From a virus: DNA of 64,000 nucleotides. Every line of letters begins with the position of its first letter. Position 1 is the stretch's first letter. The stretch spans positions 1 to 64,000 of the IMG/VR virus record IMGVR_UViG_3300008262_000025; one strand, 5' to 3'. A model generated the notes under the pieces. The model did no database searches, was not told where the DNA came from, and saw only the letters and a list, made by a program, of their open reading frames with translations. Both the position numbers and the translations under genes were made by a program. Positions 33,313-43,751 of this stretch are shown piece by piece.

Positions 33313-33949
33313 AAGTTATAATTTTTACTAAGTTATTATTAAATTCTTTTTGAATAATTTTGTTAATAATCTGCATGTTTAATTTTTCAGGAATAACAAT
33401 GATAGTTTTAAGATTAGGATATTTGTTATAAAGCTTTCTACAGCACAAAGCAAATGATATATAATCAACTTTATTGTTAATTATATAATGTGCACTAGAA
33501 ATCTTAATATTAATATTCTTATTAGGTAAATTAAAATTGACTACATCGATATTACCTAAATCTTGAATAGTTGAATCTGTAGAATAATTTACAATTAATT
33601 CATACTCACCACTCGTTGTGTAATAAGAAATATCTTCTTTATAGTCATCATGTTTAATATCATACAGTTCATTAAACTGTAGTTCTGATTCATTAACAAA
33701 CTTTTGTCTAAAGTTATTTATTAACTCTTGAGTTGGTTTTTGAGAAGTTGTAACCTTGTTAGCTAATAAAGTTTTAATCTCATACGTCATTAACTTTACA
33801 GTTAATTTATCAGGATCAGAACTTAAATAAGCATGTAAAGTTTTAGGATCTATAAGATCAGTAATTACAAACTCCTCATTCTTATGAGTTATAGCTTTAG
33901 ATATGTACGGTTCAATTAGATACTCTGTTGAGTGAAATTTAAATTGCAT
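33290..33949 (-). CDS. Hypothetical protein
   Basis: 219-aa ORF tightly packed in the operon. Confidence 0.6.
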   Translation of the reverse strand: MQFKFHSTEYLIEPYISKAITHKNEEFVITDLIDPKTLHAYLSSDPDKLTVKLMTYEIKTLLANKVTTSQKPTQELINNFRQKFVNESELQFNELYDIKHDDYKEDISYYTTSGEYELIVNYSTDSTIQDLGNIDVVNFNLPNKNINIKISSAHYIINNKVDYISFALCCRKLYNKYPNLKTIIVIPEKLNMQIINKIIQKEFNNNLVKIITYEATNTN

Positions 33950-33953
33950 TTGT

Positions 33954-34550
33954 TTATTCTTTTAATTCTGTTTGATATAAAAAGTTAACATCAAATAATT
34001 CTTCTTCATTTTTTACTTTGCTATCAAACTCTTTATCCCAGAGTTCATTAGCTAAGTCTTCTTCTAACTCTAGTTCTTTAACTAAAGTTTGATAATATTC
34101 TTGAGAGTGTTTTAAAACATGATATTCTTTACTTAATCCTATTTTCTTACTGATTGTATCATAAACAATAAATTTATCTTTATCAGAATCCAGTAAATGT
34201 TCTGAATACATTTCACTAAATTTAGAATTAATAAAGTTACTCAAGCTTTTACCACCCATAGTTTTAAACATAATTATTGCTAAATTATCATCACGATTTC
34301 CTACATGATAAGAACCTAAATAATATTTAGTAATACTCTTTAACTTAGTTATTTTATTTTCAAATTGATCATCTACTTTTACAAGTACATAAAATATACC
34401 ATCTTCCATTTTAGAGTCATTTACAGACTTATCTCCTAAATAGACATTGAGTATATTAAAAGAAAATAAAATACTTTTTATTTCATTATTATAATATAAA
34501 TTAACAGTCGGTTCAAATAGATACCGATATGTTTTTGTTTTCTTTAACAT
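33954..34550 (-). CDS. Hypothetical phage replication-region protein
   Basis: 198-aa ORF; NVYLGD and F..SKFSEMY segments resemble conserved crAss-like hypotheticals (recall, unverified). Confidence 0.6.
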   Translation of the reverse strand: MLKKTKTYRYLFEPTVNLYYNNEIKSILFSFNILNVYLGDKSVNDSKMEDGIFYVLVKVDDQFENKITKLKSITKYYLGSYHVGNRDDNLAIIMFKTMGGKSLSNFINSKFSEMYSEHLLDSDKDKFIVYDTISKKIGLSKEYHVLKHSQEYYQTLVKELELEEDLANELWDKEFDSKVKNEEELFDVNFLYQTELKE

Positions 34551-34558
34551 TTAATATT

Positions 34559-35344
34559 TTAATTACAATCATTAAACACTTTGATTTGAATATCATCAAT
34601 GTTATTATGATTTCTTAATATGTAAACAAGTGAAAAATTTTCTTTAATTCGATCTTCATAATCGAAAGGATAAACTTTTTTGTATTCTTCAATAACAACT
34701 TGTTTACATTCTTCTCTATTAGCACAATCTTTTAAGAGAGAATATGTTTTAACAGGACCATATTTAGGTAGTCCTGGTATATTATCAGCGGTATCCCCCA
34801 TTAACATTTGAGCGTATAAAGATTTATAACCTGTGGCATCAAGTTTCTTCTTATCATCATTATAATATATATAACAGTTATCATCAGATACTATAGTTCT
34901 CTGATGTGTTTTTAAATTATAATGTATACCATTAACTTGAGGTAAATCTTTATCTATACTTGCAATAACAGCTTTATAAGAATATACATTCTCAACACTC
35001 TCATTACAAAAAGAATTAATTCTTTCAGATAATATAGCTGCTAAGTCATCAGCCTCTATACCATCAATAACAATAAATTTATATTCTTTAATAAGAAGAT
35101 CTCTTATTTCATAAAAATAAAGAGGCTTTTCAAATTTACGATTACCTTTATATTCTTTTGTTACAGCAACTTTCTTTCTGAAATTATTCTTACCGTCAAG
35201 TATACCGATATAAAGATTAGTATCACAATTTTTTAATACATCTTTTATATGAGCATGAATAGTTTCTTTATAATCTTCTTTGTTGCCATGTATGTAAAGA
35301 AGACAAGTTGCATCAAAAATTACAATTTGTTTATCTATTTCCAT
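34559..35344 (-). CDS. 5'-3' exonuclease / RNase H (T7 gp6, FEN-like)
   Basis: NFRK...YKGNR, EADD, SIDKDL, QMLMGDTADNIPGL..GP motifs. Confidence 0.92.
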   Translation of the reverse strand: MEIDKQIVIFDATCLLYIHGNKEDYKETIHAHIKDVLKNCDTNLYIGILDGKNNFRKKVAVTKEYKGNRKFEKPLYFYEIRDLLIKEYKFIVIDGIEADDLAAILSERINSFCNESVENVYSYKAVIASIDKDLPQVNGIHYNLKTHQRTIVSDDNCYIYYNDDKKKLDATGYKSLYAQMLMGDTADNIPGLPKYGPVKTYSLLKDCANREECKQVVIEEYKKVYPFDYEDRIKENFSLVYILRNHNNIDDIQIKVFNDCN

Positions 35345-35347
35345 CTT

Positions 35348-35899
35348 TTAACTTTTGTTAGTAAACTCTGATAATGTTTTTATCTTCCATTTCAAAGTTC
35401 TCAATTTACCTTTTTTGGTATAAGAGAATTTATTTGGTGTAAATGTGCTAGCAAATAAACCGTTCTTTGAATGTAAAGGCATTATCTTATTTACATAAAT
35501 TTTATACCTATAGTACATTTGTTTTTGTATTATAGGAAATTTTATAGTACTACTATTACCTCTAGCTGCAAATGTACCCTTGACATCTACAACTGAATAA
35601 TATTTGTTTGTTAGTTCATCTTTATGAGCAAAGTGTTTTGATCTTAGCTCGACTATAATTGATTTAAATTTAGAGTCTTCAGTAAAATAAAATATATCTT
35701 TAGCTTTATCTTCCCATACGATAATGAAATCAGGTTTATAGATAGAAGCTCTAAGTATTACTTTGTCTTTTATTTTTACTTCAGGAAAAAGTTCATATTC
35801 AGGTTCTCTTTTGATACTATGAATATACCCTTCTTCTCTTAATTCATTTAACCAATCATAATAATATTCTTCTTCTGGTGAATCAAATGTCATAATCAT
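35348..35899 (-). CDS. PD-(D/E)XK endonuclease (DUF1064-like, possible resolvase)
   Basis: FDS.EE..YY, Y.PDF, VDVKG motifs; start moved to MIMTF, past a GC-rich hairpin. Confidence 0.75.
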   Translation of the reverse strand: MIMTFDSPEEEYYYDWLNELREEGYIHSIKREPEYELFPEVKIKDKVILRASIYKPDFIIVWEDKAKDIFYFTEDSKFKSIIVELRSKHFAHKDELTNKYYSVVDVKGTFAARGNSSTIKFPIIQKQMYYRYKIYVNKIMPLHSKNGLFASTFTPNKFSYTKKGKLRTLKWKIKTLSEFTNKS

Positions 35900-35905
35900 T
35901 AGAAA

Positions 35906-35927
35906 GGGTGCCAGTTTCCCAGCACCC
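35906..35927 (-). terminator. GC-rich GNRA hairpin, possible weak terminator or processing site
   Basis: Minus strand GGGTGCTGG-GAAA-CTGGCACCC-TTT in an intergenic gap. Confidence 0.55.
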
Positions 35928-35952
35928 GTGACCTTTAAAATACTTAATACTA

Positions 35953-36660
35953 CTACCAATTTATTGATAAAGATTCGTCAATAGTTTTTAATTCTTGATT
36001 AATCTTATCAAATAAACAGTATCGGTGAAAGATTTCTCTTTCTTCTCTTGTTTTACAGACCTCTTTGGGCGTATATATTACATTAGCTTTTTCAGGAAAT
36101 GATAAATTAGATACATTACCAATACAAACAAATAAACAATTATTGTTGTATTCGTGAATACTATTAATCAAAGATTGAGTAAATCTCAACCAATAACTAA
36201 TATGATTATCTGGATTTACCATTTCTCTTGTCATAGAAGCGTTAATTAATAACACTCCTTGTTTCATCCATTCGTTTGCATTAAACGTAGTAAATATGTC
36301 ATCTTTATACAGTTGATAAGTAGTTTCTACTACATCAAGAATATCAGTTCTAATTCTTGGAAACTTATCTTGTAATTCTAAAGGTATTCCTGTACATCCT
36401 ACGTTCTCCATAGGTTGATCAAATATCATTACTACTTTTAGATCGTTTAGATTAACAGATCTAAAAGGTTGAAGTATATTTTGTATCTTAGGTAATAACT
36501 TAAAACCTAATTGTTTTGATACATTAAAACCATGATCATCTTTCTTAGGATGATCTGTAATTACATTTGTTAAAGTTTGAATATATAACTCACCTAATGG
36601 TGATTGAAATAAACTAAGCCATGAATCGTCAATCTTATTTTTAAAAATATCAGTTGTCAT
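35953..36660 (-). CDS. Uracil-DNA glycosylase (Ung family) homolog with degenerate catalytic motifs
   Basis: KVV..., W.KQGVLLIN..MT, H..YW..FT and C-terminal INW match Ung; GQDPY is replaced by FDQPM and HPSP is absent. Confidence 0.8.
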   Translation of the reverse strand: MTTDIFKNKIDDSWLSLFQSPLGELYIQTLTNVITDHPKKDDHGFNVSKQLGFKLLPKIQNILQPFRSVNLNDLKVVMIFDQPMENVGCTGIPLELQDKFPRIRTDILDVVETTYQLYKDDIFTTFNANEWMKQGVLLINASMTREMVNPDNHISYWLRFTQSLINSIHEYNNNCLFVCIGNVSNLSFPEKANVIYTPKEVCKTREEREIFHRYCLFDKINQELKTIDESLSINW

Positions 36661-37669
36661 CTATAAGTTTTTGTATATAAATTTCAAAATCTTCTTCATT
36701 CATTAATGATCTTATTTCAGCTAAATCTTTTTTATGATTTACTTTTTCAAGTAATCTATATTCACATTTAAAAGAATCAGCGTGTTTTATAGTATAATAA
36801 TGACCTGTTTCATCAGCATCATAAAGGATTATTATTCTTTTATATTTCTTTTTTAACTTATTAAAAATACTTTTAGGTATCTCAACAGTCTCAGATTGTG
36901 GTGCAATAGCATCATAACCTATAGAAATTAAAGTTAATAAATCTTTCATTGATGATGTAATAAATAATATGTCATCTTTTGATTTATAAGATAATTGTTC
37001 TAAACCTTGTACATCATTAGGATTAGTATTACTTCTCCATTTATTCTCAGAGTTTTTTGTTAATGGTCTATAAAGTTTCACATTAAAATCATTGTCTCCA
37101 ATCTTGTAACAATAACAAGGGTCATCACGATCTTTATCATAATCATAACTTAATGAAAATCCTGATTTATTTAAACTCTTAGTATAGTATTTCTTTACAG
37201 GAGATATTTTATATCTTTTTAAAAGCTTTATATCTATACCAAATTGCAACCAATATTCTTGATCTTTTTTATTCCAGTTTCTTATATGAATCTGAAAATA
37301 TGTTTTCTTAACTTTTGTTTCAAATTCTCTAGTATTGTTCTTTTTACGTAAAGGAGTTAAATCAGTTCTACTAGAAATATTTCTTGATGATAATCCTAAA
37401 TTGAAATCATCATTTATCTTTTGCATAGCCTGACCAAAATTCATGTCATACTTAAGCATTACTATTTTAATAGCATCACCACTGTAATTAGGTTTAGCTA
37501 AATCATAAAAAACAAATCTTCCTGATTTACTCCAACTAAAATAACAAGTTGGTTTATTATCAATTCTAAAAGGATTTCTATATTTAAGATTAGTTTTGAC
37601 CTCACTTGGAAAATATCTTTCCATTGCTACTTTAGGATCAACTAATTGAAATATCTCATTAGGAGTCAT
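36650..37669 (-). CDS. DNA primase (crAss-type DnaG-like, TOPRIM)
   Basis: NPFR.D..P.C, KLYRP, ITSSMKD, APQSE, YDADETG, KD..E motifs. Confidence 0.9.
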   Translation of the reverse strand: MTPNEIFQLVDPKVAMERYFPSEVKTNLKYRNPFRIDNKPTCYFSWSKSGRFVFYDLAKPNYSGDAIKIVMLKYDMNFGQAMQKINDDFNLGLSSRNISSRTDLTPLRKKNNTREFETKVKKTYFQIHIRNWNKKDQEYWLQFGIDIKLLKRYKISPVKKYYTKSLNKSGFSLSYDYDKDRDDPCYCYKIGDNDFNVKLYRPLTKNSENKWRSNTNPNDVQGLEQLSYKSKDDILFITSSMKDLLTLISIGYDAIAPQSETVEIPKSIFNKLKKKYKRIIILYDADETGHYYTIKHADSFKCEYRLLEKVNHKKDLAEIRSLMNEEDFEIYIQKLIDDN

Positions 37670-37673
37670 TGAA

Positions 37674-37681
37674 CAAAGTTA
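37674..37681 (-). promoter_or_regulatory. Bacteroidota sigma -7 element (TAACTTTG) before the primase gene
   Basis: Matches the TAnnTTTG consensus; lies between a terminator and the primase ATG. Confidence 0.45.
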
Positions 37682-37685
37682 ATTT

Positions 37686-37711
37686 AAAAAGGGAGGAGTT
37701 ACCCTCCCTTT
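37686..37711 (-). terminator. Intrinsic terminator after the SSB gene
   Basis: Minus strand gggagg-gtaact-cctccc-ttttt. Confidence 0.85.
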
Positions 37712-37714
37712 ATT

Positions 37715-38665
37715 CTAAAAATCGTCGTCAGTAAGAATATCGTAATTATTACTATCAGCAATCTCTTTAATTTCAGTATTAGATTCTACTGTTTTAGTAG
37801 GATCATAAACTTTAAATAAGAAAGAATCCTGGATAGTAGCATTAAATCTACCTTCTTCTACACTTTCTTTTGCACCTTTAGATATATCTCTACCTTCTTT
37901 AGCAAATGCATTTACACTTTTACTTGTAAATACTCTTTGGTTTAGATAGAAATTACCATTTGCATCAGTATTGTCACTTACTTCAACACCCAATAATACG
38001 GCTACTTTTCTTGGTATACCGTCAGGATGAGAGAAGTTCTCATCACCAATTAACTCATTCAATGCAGATACATCTCCACTAAACAATGTTTCCATTGTAG
38101 CTGTAGCATCATCACCTAGAATAAAATCTGTAATTGGTGTTTCTTTGTTACTGCTTTTGTTATACCAGGCATAAAGAAAATCGTAAAGTTGCACTTCACC
38201 TTCTTTTGCTTTTCTTGCATTCTCAGTTTTAAACCAAGACATACCTGCATTATCTTTAATTGCATCAATACTTGGTGCCCAAGTACTTTGCAATCTATCA
38301 TTTATAAATCTAAAGTTACCACTAGCAGATACTTCGTCTCTATCAGAAACTAAAAATCCTGTGTTAAAATAATGATCATTTGGATAATCTTCAATCAATT
38401 TACCATCAATTGTTTTCTTTCCAATTTCAACATTAGGATTGATGCGCATTAGAATTTCAATTCTACGATAAGTTTTATCTTGCATCGTTACTTTATATTC
38501 AGGATCTTTAATGTTATCACCATTTTCGATTCCTTTAATTTCCATTATTTCCTGTTTAGTAGGATTGAATTTTAAGATTTCAGCATCTGCTACACCAGTA
38601 AAATAATGTTTTACTTTAGGTTCAAGTGTTTTAACTTCAACCCCACCTTTAGCTTTAATACCCAT
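37715..38665 (-). CDS. Probable single-stranded DNA-binding protein
   Basis: Acidic C-terminal tail ending DDDF; FNPT..E motif; located between the Sak4-like ATPase and primase. Confidence 0.65.
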   Translation of the reverse strand: MGIKAKGGVEVKTLEPKVKHYFTGVADAEILKFNPTKQEIMEIKGIENGDNIKDPEYKVTMQDKTYRRIEILMRINPNVEIGKKTIDGKLIEDYPNDHYFNTGFLVSDRDEVSASGNFRFINDRLQSTWAPSIDAIKDNAGMSWFKTENARKAKEGEVQLYDFLYAWYNKSSNKETPITDFILGDDATATMETLFSGDVSALNELIGDENFSHPDGIPRKVAVLLGVEVSDNTDANGNFYLNQRVFTSKSVNAFAKEGRDISKGAKESVEEGRFNATIQDSFLFKVYDPTKTVESNTEIKEIADSNNYDILTDDDF

Positions 38666-38699
38666 ATAAATAAGTAAATTTAATTTAAAAAATGTTTAA

Positions 38700-39254
38700 T
38701 TAGTCTTGATGAATCTTTATCTCAGTATCTTTACCAGATGTTTGAAATACAGAATCAATCTCTCTTTCTTTTACTTCTACCTTAGGTACACTTAAATTAA
38801 CTTCTTCTAATTTAAAATAACCTTTTGTAGTTTCTGATTCTACTAAAGCAAAATAACGATCTTCCAAAAAGTTATCATTTGAATGATAGCTTTCAATCTC
38901 ATCATAAATCCAAGATGATTTACAACGGAGTGTAGAAAGATTTATTTTAGTAGTACTTTTTTTAACAACATTTCTTTTATTATTTACATATTCCACTGAA
39001 TCAGTGTTAGTAACATAAAGAAATACTTTTTCTTCAGATGTAGTCTTTGTTTCGTATCCACGAACAATAGCTAATCTATCTCTGTCATTGTTGACTTCTA
39101 ATCCTAAAAGCTCTACAGCTTTGCGGTTAAGTCTTAACATTTTAGATCCTTCGTTAGGATTTGCCTGTAGCATAATTGTTGCTACGTTTGGATAAATGTC
39201 TAATTTCTCTTCGATTTGTTCTTTCTTAGAACCTTTTGCTTTTACTGGAATCAT
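38700..39254 (-). CDS. Hypothetical protein
   Basis: 184-aa ORF in the operon. Confidence 0.6.
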   Translation of the reverse strand: MIPVKAKGSKKEQIEEKLDIYPNVATIMLQANPNEGSKMLRLNRKAVELLGLEVNNDRDRLAIVRGYETKTTSEEKVFLYVTNTDSVEYVNNKRNVVKKSTTKINLSTLRCKSSWIYDEIESYHSNDNFLEDRYFALVESETTKGYFKLEEVNLSVPKVEVKEREIDSVFQTSGKDTEIKIHQD

Positions 39255-39259
39255 AATAA

Positions 39260-40072
39260 TTAATCAATGTAAATTTCTTCCCAATGTGCTGTTGTACCAT
39301 CCATGATTACAATTTCTTTACCTTGTAAGTGTACTGGTCTGGCACCGCACGTGTCATCTTGAGAAGCAAAATTAATAATAGTCTTGTCTTTATTTCTATA
39401 TATATAACCAATAGCATCTGATGATGCTGCTGTAATTTGTGAAATTTTACCCGTAAGATCTAAATCTTTAGAGCTCAATTCCTTACCATCTTTATCAATC
39501 TTTTTGTCTTTTAAGTGACCAACAAGAATAATATCTGGAGCTAGTCCATCAATTACTTTTAGCCAATACTCAAATGCCAATCTCAACCATAAATAACCTG
39601 CGCCGTTAGGTAATGATAATACTGTTTCCCATTCATTCTTAGGAAGAAATGCACCAGCTTTATCTCTGTTAAACTTTTTACCTTGTACGCTATCCATATA
39701 CATCTTAGTTGCATAGTCTTCACACCACATCTCTAATTGAGTAATAGTGTCAACAGCAATAATTTTATAAGGATATTCTCCGTTATTTTGTTTTCGATGT
39801 TTGTTTATTTCTACTGCAAACTCATTCAAATAATATTTGTATTCTGAATGTCGTTTTTGAATTTGTTCTGGTGTTTCCTGTTTATCAGAACGTAAACCAA
39901 TAACTTTTACTTTAATTGCATCTACGTGGTCAGTGCCATCTTCTAAATCTAAAATACAACAATCAGTTAGTTTGGATAAAATTGTAGTTTTACCAACTTT
40001 AGGTTTGCCATAGATAATAAGTCTTCTTGGATTTTGTCTTGTTGCTTTTAATACTTGCGTAGGTAACATCAT
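39260..40072 (-). CDS. AAA_24 / Sak4-like P-loop ATPase
   Basis: GKPKVGKTT, LDLE.G, AVDT.T.L, GAGY..LR, LVGH, D.IGY motifs. Confidence 0.88.
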   Translation of the reverse strand: MMLPTQVLKATRQNPRRLIIYGKPKVGKTTILSKLTDCCILDLEDGTDHVDAIKVKVIGLRSDKQETPEQIQKRHSEYKYYLNEFAVEINKHRKQNNGEYPYKIIAVDTITQLEMWCEDYATKMYMDSVQGKKFNRDKAGAFLPKNEWETVLSLPNGAGYLWLRLAFEYWLKVIDGLAPDIILVGHLKDKKIDKDGKELSSKDLDLTGKISQITAASSDAIGYIYRNKDKTIINFASQDDTCGARPVHLQGKEIVIMDGTTAHWEEIYID

Positions 40073-41208
40073 TAATTGTTTAATTTTTTATCTTTATCTT
40101 CTTTTGATAACTGTGTAAAATGTTTAAAAGATGATACTTTATTATATTGTTCTGCTGTAATTTGTTTACCATTTGGTAGTTCTTGAAAGTAACCACACTC
40201 GCCAATATATAATAAACCAACTCTTTTATTATTTTCACCTTCTCTGTTTTTTAAAATACCTATAGCTCTAAATCTATTTTTAAATTTAAAGATGTCATAA
40301 TCCATAAATTTATCAAGATTGTTATTAGGGTTTATATGATTCATAGGATCAAACAAAGCCATAACTAGATTAGCATCTTGTGCTAACATGTTAGTTTCTT
40401 TAATGTCTGATATTTTTGGAAATAGTTCACCGTATTTAACACGATTAATATCATCCATAGATCTGTTACTGTGTGAAACATTTACACAACTAAAGCCTAG
40501 TTGATTTCTGTAAATATCTCTACAGTTAGAACTATGAAGGTCAATCGTAGTTTTAACTGACGTATTACCATTATGACTTTCTACTTTTAAATTACCAACA
40601 GTATCTGTAATTATTATTACAGTTTGATTAGAATCGTTAGGAGTAAATTTAAATTTACCATCATCATCTTCTTCTAATTTACCTACACTTGCTGCAAAAT
40701 TTAATACATCCTGTCTAATTTGACTAGGACTCATAGGTCTATCAATAATAGTAATATGTTGAAACATTTCATCAAAATAAGATGATAACTCTTTTATCTT
40801 TTTATAGAGAGCACTATCAAGTTTATTATCACCTTTAGAAAATATATATTTAGAGTCTACAATAATTCCATAATCTATAAATAGTTTAAGTGCAACTAAT
40901 TTAGCAATTACTTCTTCTGCAGAAACCTCTAAACTATATAGTCTAATCTTCAATGAATCTTTTATTTTACCTTTATTTTTGTAACAATATTCATAAGGGT
41001 ACATTACATAAGCATACCATACAAATGAAGATTTACCAACACCAGACTCTGCAAAGATAACATCGTATCTTGCTTTCTGAATACCAGCAATATAATCTTC
41101 AAGTTTAGGAAAACCCATAGGTAAACCTTTGTTGTATCCTTGAATACCTTTATCTACTTTATTAAAAAATTTCTTATAAGTCGTCGAATAAGGAATATTT
41201 AGACTCAT
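40072..41208 (-). CDS. DnaB-like (SF4) replicative helicase
   Basis: AESGVGKS Walker A, SLEV, SH.NR, QDA..V, LKNREG. Confidence 0.88.
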   Translation of the reverse strand: MSLNIPYSTTYKKFFNKVDKGIQGYNKGLPMGFPKLEDYIAGIQKARYDVIFAESGVGKSSFVWYAYVMYPYEYCYKNKGKIKDSLKIRLYSLEVSAEEVIAKLVALKLFIDYGIIVDSKYIFSKGDNKLDSALYKKIKELSSYFDEMFQHITIIDRPMSPSQIRQDVLNFAASVGKLEEDDDGKFKFTPNDSNQTVIIITDTVGNLKVESHNGNTSVKTTIDLHSSNCRDIYRNQLGFSCVNVSHSNRSMDDINRVKYGELFPKISDIKETNMLAQDANLVMALFDPMNHINPNNNLDKFMDYDIFKFKNRFRAIGILKNREGENNKRVGLLYIGECGYFQELPNGKQITAEQYNKVSSFKHFTQLSKEDKDKKLNN

Positions 41209-41755
41209 TAGTTAAATTATTGTCTTTATTAATTTTAATTTGTTCGCAATAAACAACAAGATCAGTAGATACTTCTCCTGTTACTTTATCTCTTTTCTTT
41301 ATAAAATGATCGGCTTGTCTTAGGTATTGGTAATTACCGTATTGTGAAATGATATCTTTAAAATAAAAATCTCTTGCATCAAAGACATCATCTTTAGTGT
41401 AAGTAGGATTCTCTTTAAAGAATTCTTTCATTTTTTCAATGCAGTCTTGTTTAATACCCATAGCTTTTACTCTCTTACCTGACCAACCTGCACGCCAATC
41501 ATCTATCCATTCTTCAATATTAGAATGACCATTATTATAGTTAATTTTTAATTGAGAGTTACTTTTTGTAACAATCTCTACTTCTACTTCAATAAAAACT
41601 AAACTATTATCCATTTGAAAATCTTTATTTAGTCTAGCTTTATTTAGATGAACTAAATTAACACTACAAAGTTTATACTTACCTTTGGATATAGGTTCAA
41701 GTAATTTATTACTTACTAAATAGTCAAATTCTTTTTCATTAACTTTAAGTAACAT
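41174..41755 (-). CDS. Hypothetical protein (possible helicase loader or initiator)
   Basis: 193 aa, directly upstream of DnaB; YL.QA..FI.K motif. Confidence 0.55.
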   Translation of the reverse strand: MLLKVNEKEFDYLVSNKLLEPISKGKYKLCSVNLVHLNKARLNKDFQMDNSLVFIEVEVEIVTKSNSQLKINYNNGHSNIEEWIDDWRAGWSGKRVKAMGIKQDCIEKMKEFFKENPTYTKDDVFDARDFYFKDIISQYGNYQYLRQADHFIKKRDKVTGEVSTDLVVYCEQIKINKDNNLTNESKYSLFDDL

Positions 41756-42458
41756 TTATACGAGTGTCTTTAAAATATTTATTTAATACTTGAATAAGTG
41801 CATCAAGATCATCGCTTGATAAAACTTTTTTCTTTTTTAAGTTATCATAAGTTCTATACCATACATCATCATTTTTGTTATAGTACTTCTTATGATTTAA
41901 GTACGTTTTCTTTCTTTTTACACTAAGTTGATATACTTCCATTTCAACAAAAAGTGAACCATCTAAATTACTATATGAATGACTTTTTATTTCTTCATGT
42001 AAATGTAAATGAGATAATTGTTGATTAATAGTTTTTATTTTACTATCATAACTCTTAATCATTTCTAATATCTTATCACATCTTTTTGAATAATCATTAT
42101 ACTTTTCTTTAGCAGACTTAGGTTCATTTTTGATGTAGTTAATATCTCTTTTAACTAAAGACTTAAGTTCTAATTCTAAGGAGTAGCCTTCTACATCTAA
42201 ACAGAAATCTTCTGAAGTTCCTCCACTTAAAAACCATTCTTTTTTTCTTTCGTTTAAATCTCTATGGATTTTAAATAACTTATCTTTTTTTGAAACAGAT
42301 TCTTTTAAAACTCTACTGTAATCATTTTTTAGTTTACTTTTTTCAGTTGTTAAAAGATTAAAATAACGAGAGAGTTTATCACGCTCTCTCGTTAATTCAC
42401 TTAAAGAATTAGATAATTCTTTTACTTGTTTCTCAAGATATTCCCAATCTATTTTCAT
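41745..42458 (-). CDS. Coiled-coil hypothetical protein
   Basis: Heptad-rich K/E/L composition. Confidence 0.6.
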   Translation of the reverse strand: MKIDWEYLEKQVKELSNSLSELTRERDKLSRYFNLLTTEKSKLKNDYSRVLKESVSKKDKLFKIHRDLNERKKEWFLSGGTSEDFCLDVEGYSLELELKSLVKRDINYIKNEPKSAKEKYNDYSKRCDKILEMIKSYDSKIKTINQQLSHLHLHEEIKSHSYSNLDGSLFVEMEVYQLSVKRKKTYLNHKKYYNKNDDVWYRTYDNLKKKKVLSSDDLDALIQVLNKYFKDTRINVT

Positions 42459-43750
42459 TTAAGAAGATTTGATCTTTTTAATCTAGTTTCAAGAAATTCT
42501 TTTAACTGAGTTCTTTTTTCAGTTATAGATTTTAATTCCATACGTAAAGCATCACGAGTTTCCTCAAGAGGTTTCATCTTGTCTTCTAACTCTTTCTTTT
42601 CACGTTTGAGTTTAGCATCATTGTAAGAATCAGCTATATCTTCCCAGATTCCACCTTTCAATTTCTTTTCAAATTCAGCTAAAGGAGATGTTACTTTTTG
42701 TACATCTTTCTCTTTAATTGATAATTGACGAGTTAAATCTGTGTAACCTAATACACCAGAAGGATTATCACCAACTTGTCCAATAATTAGATTCTCCATT
42801 ATACTCTTAATTTGGTCTTTTGTTTTACTACCATTAACAATATCTGGATGAATCATTGTTTTATCAGATAAATCTTCACCTAAAACTTTATTTAATCTGG
42901 ATTTGATATCACTACCATTCCATTTAAATAAAGATTCAATCTGATCAATTGCTTCATAAATTGTAAATTTTGTTGGATTTTCGGAATCCTTCTTAGAAGA
43001 TTCCTGCTCAGGCTTTTTTTCAGCGCCTTCTTTATCTTTCGATTCTTCTTTACTTTTATCATCCTTAGGTTTATCTTTATCTTTCTTTTCTTGCTTTACA
43101 TAATTCTTATTACCTAACTCATTAGTATATTTTCTCCATAAGAAATATATTAACATAACGTCAAAAATAGTTGTAGTATAAATAAGAAAAACTGATGCAA
43201 AAGAAATTGGTTGTCGCCAATCTGGATTGATAAGTTTATAGTTACTAGGATTAAATTCTAAAGTAAAACCTAAGATAGGTAACCACCAAAGCTGTGTATT
43301 ATTTTGCTGTGCTTCTAAATGAAATATAGACTCTAAATAAAGCAAATAAATTATACCTGTTATTACAAATCCTACAAAGAATACAGGAATAGATTTAAAT
43401 AAAACCTTAAGAAGTTCTAGAAAATTCAATTTATTTTTTTCAGCAGCTTTCCGCATAGAATTAGATATTACACTAATGAATATAAAAGAAGTTAGTATTT
43501 CTATTACACCAATAAGAGCATATCTTGAAAAAGCCTGGAATAAATCCATACCCATACTGTCCATTGCAACTAATGATAAGTTCATTACCTCAATAAAAGT
43601 ACCTACAGCACTTAAACTTTTAAATAAAAACTCAACATTCTCCTCTGCTAATGTATTAAAATTTATTGGGTTACTTGATTTAGTATTAAAATAATACCAG
43701 ATACCAATAATAGCAATACATATAATTCCGATAACTGTTCCTAATGCCAT
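42455..43750 (-). CDS. Multi-pass membrane protein with a charged linker and coiled-coil C-terminus
   Basis: About five hydrophobic segments in the first 205 aa, a K/D/E-rich linker and a helical tail. Confidence 0.75.
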   Translation of the reverse strand: MALGTVIGIICIAIIGIWYYFNTKSSNPINFNTLAEENVEFLFKSLSAVGTFIEVMNLSLVAMDSMGMDLFQAFSRYALIGVIEILTSFIFISVISNSMRKAAEKNKLNFLELLKVLFKSIPVFFVGFVITGIIYLLYLESIFHLEAQQNNTQLWWLPILGFTLEFNPSNYKLINPDWRQPISFASVFLIYTTTIFDVMLIYFLWRKYTNELGNKNYVKQEKKDKDKPKDDKSKEESKDKEGAEKKPEQESSKKDSENPTKFTIYEAIDQIESLFKWNGSDIKSRLNKVLGEDLSDKTMIHPDIVNGSKTKDQIKSIMENLIIGQVGDNPSGVLGYTDLTRQLSIKEKDVQKVTSPLAEFEKKLKGGIWEDIADSYNDAKLKREKKELEDKMKPLEETRDALRMELKSITEKRTQLKEFLETRLKRSNLLK

Positions 43751-43751
43751 A

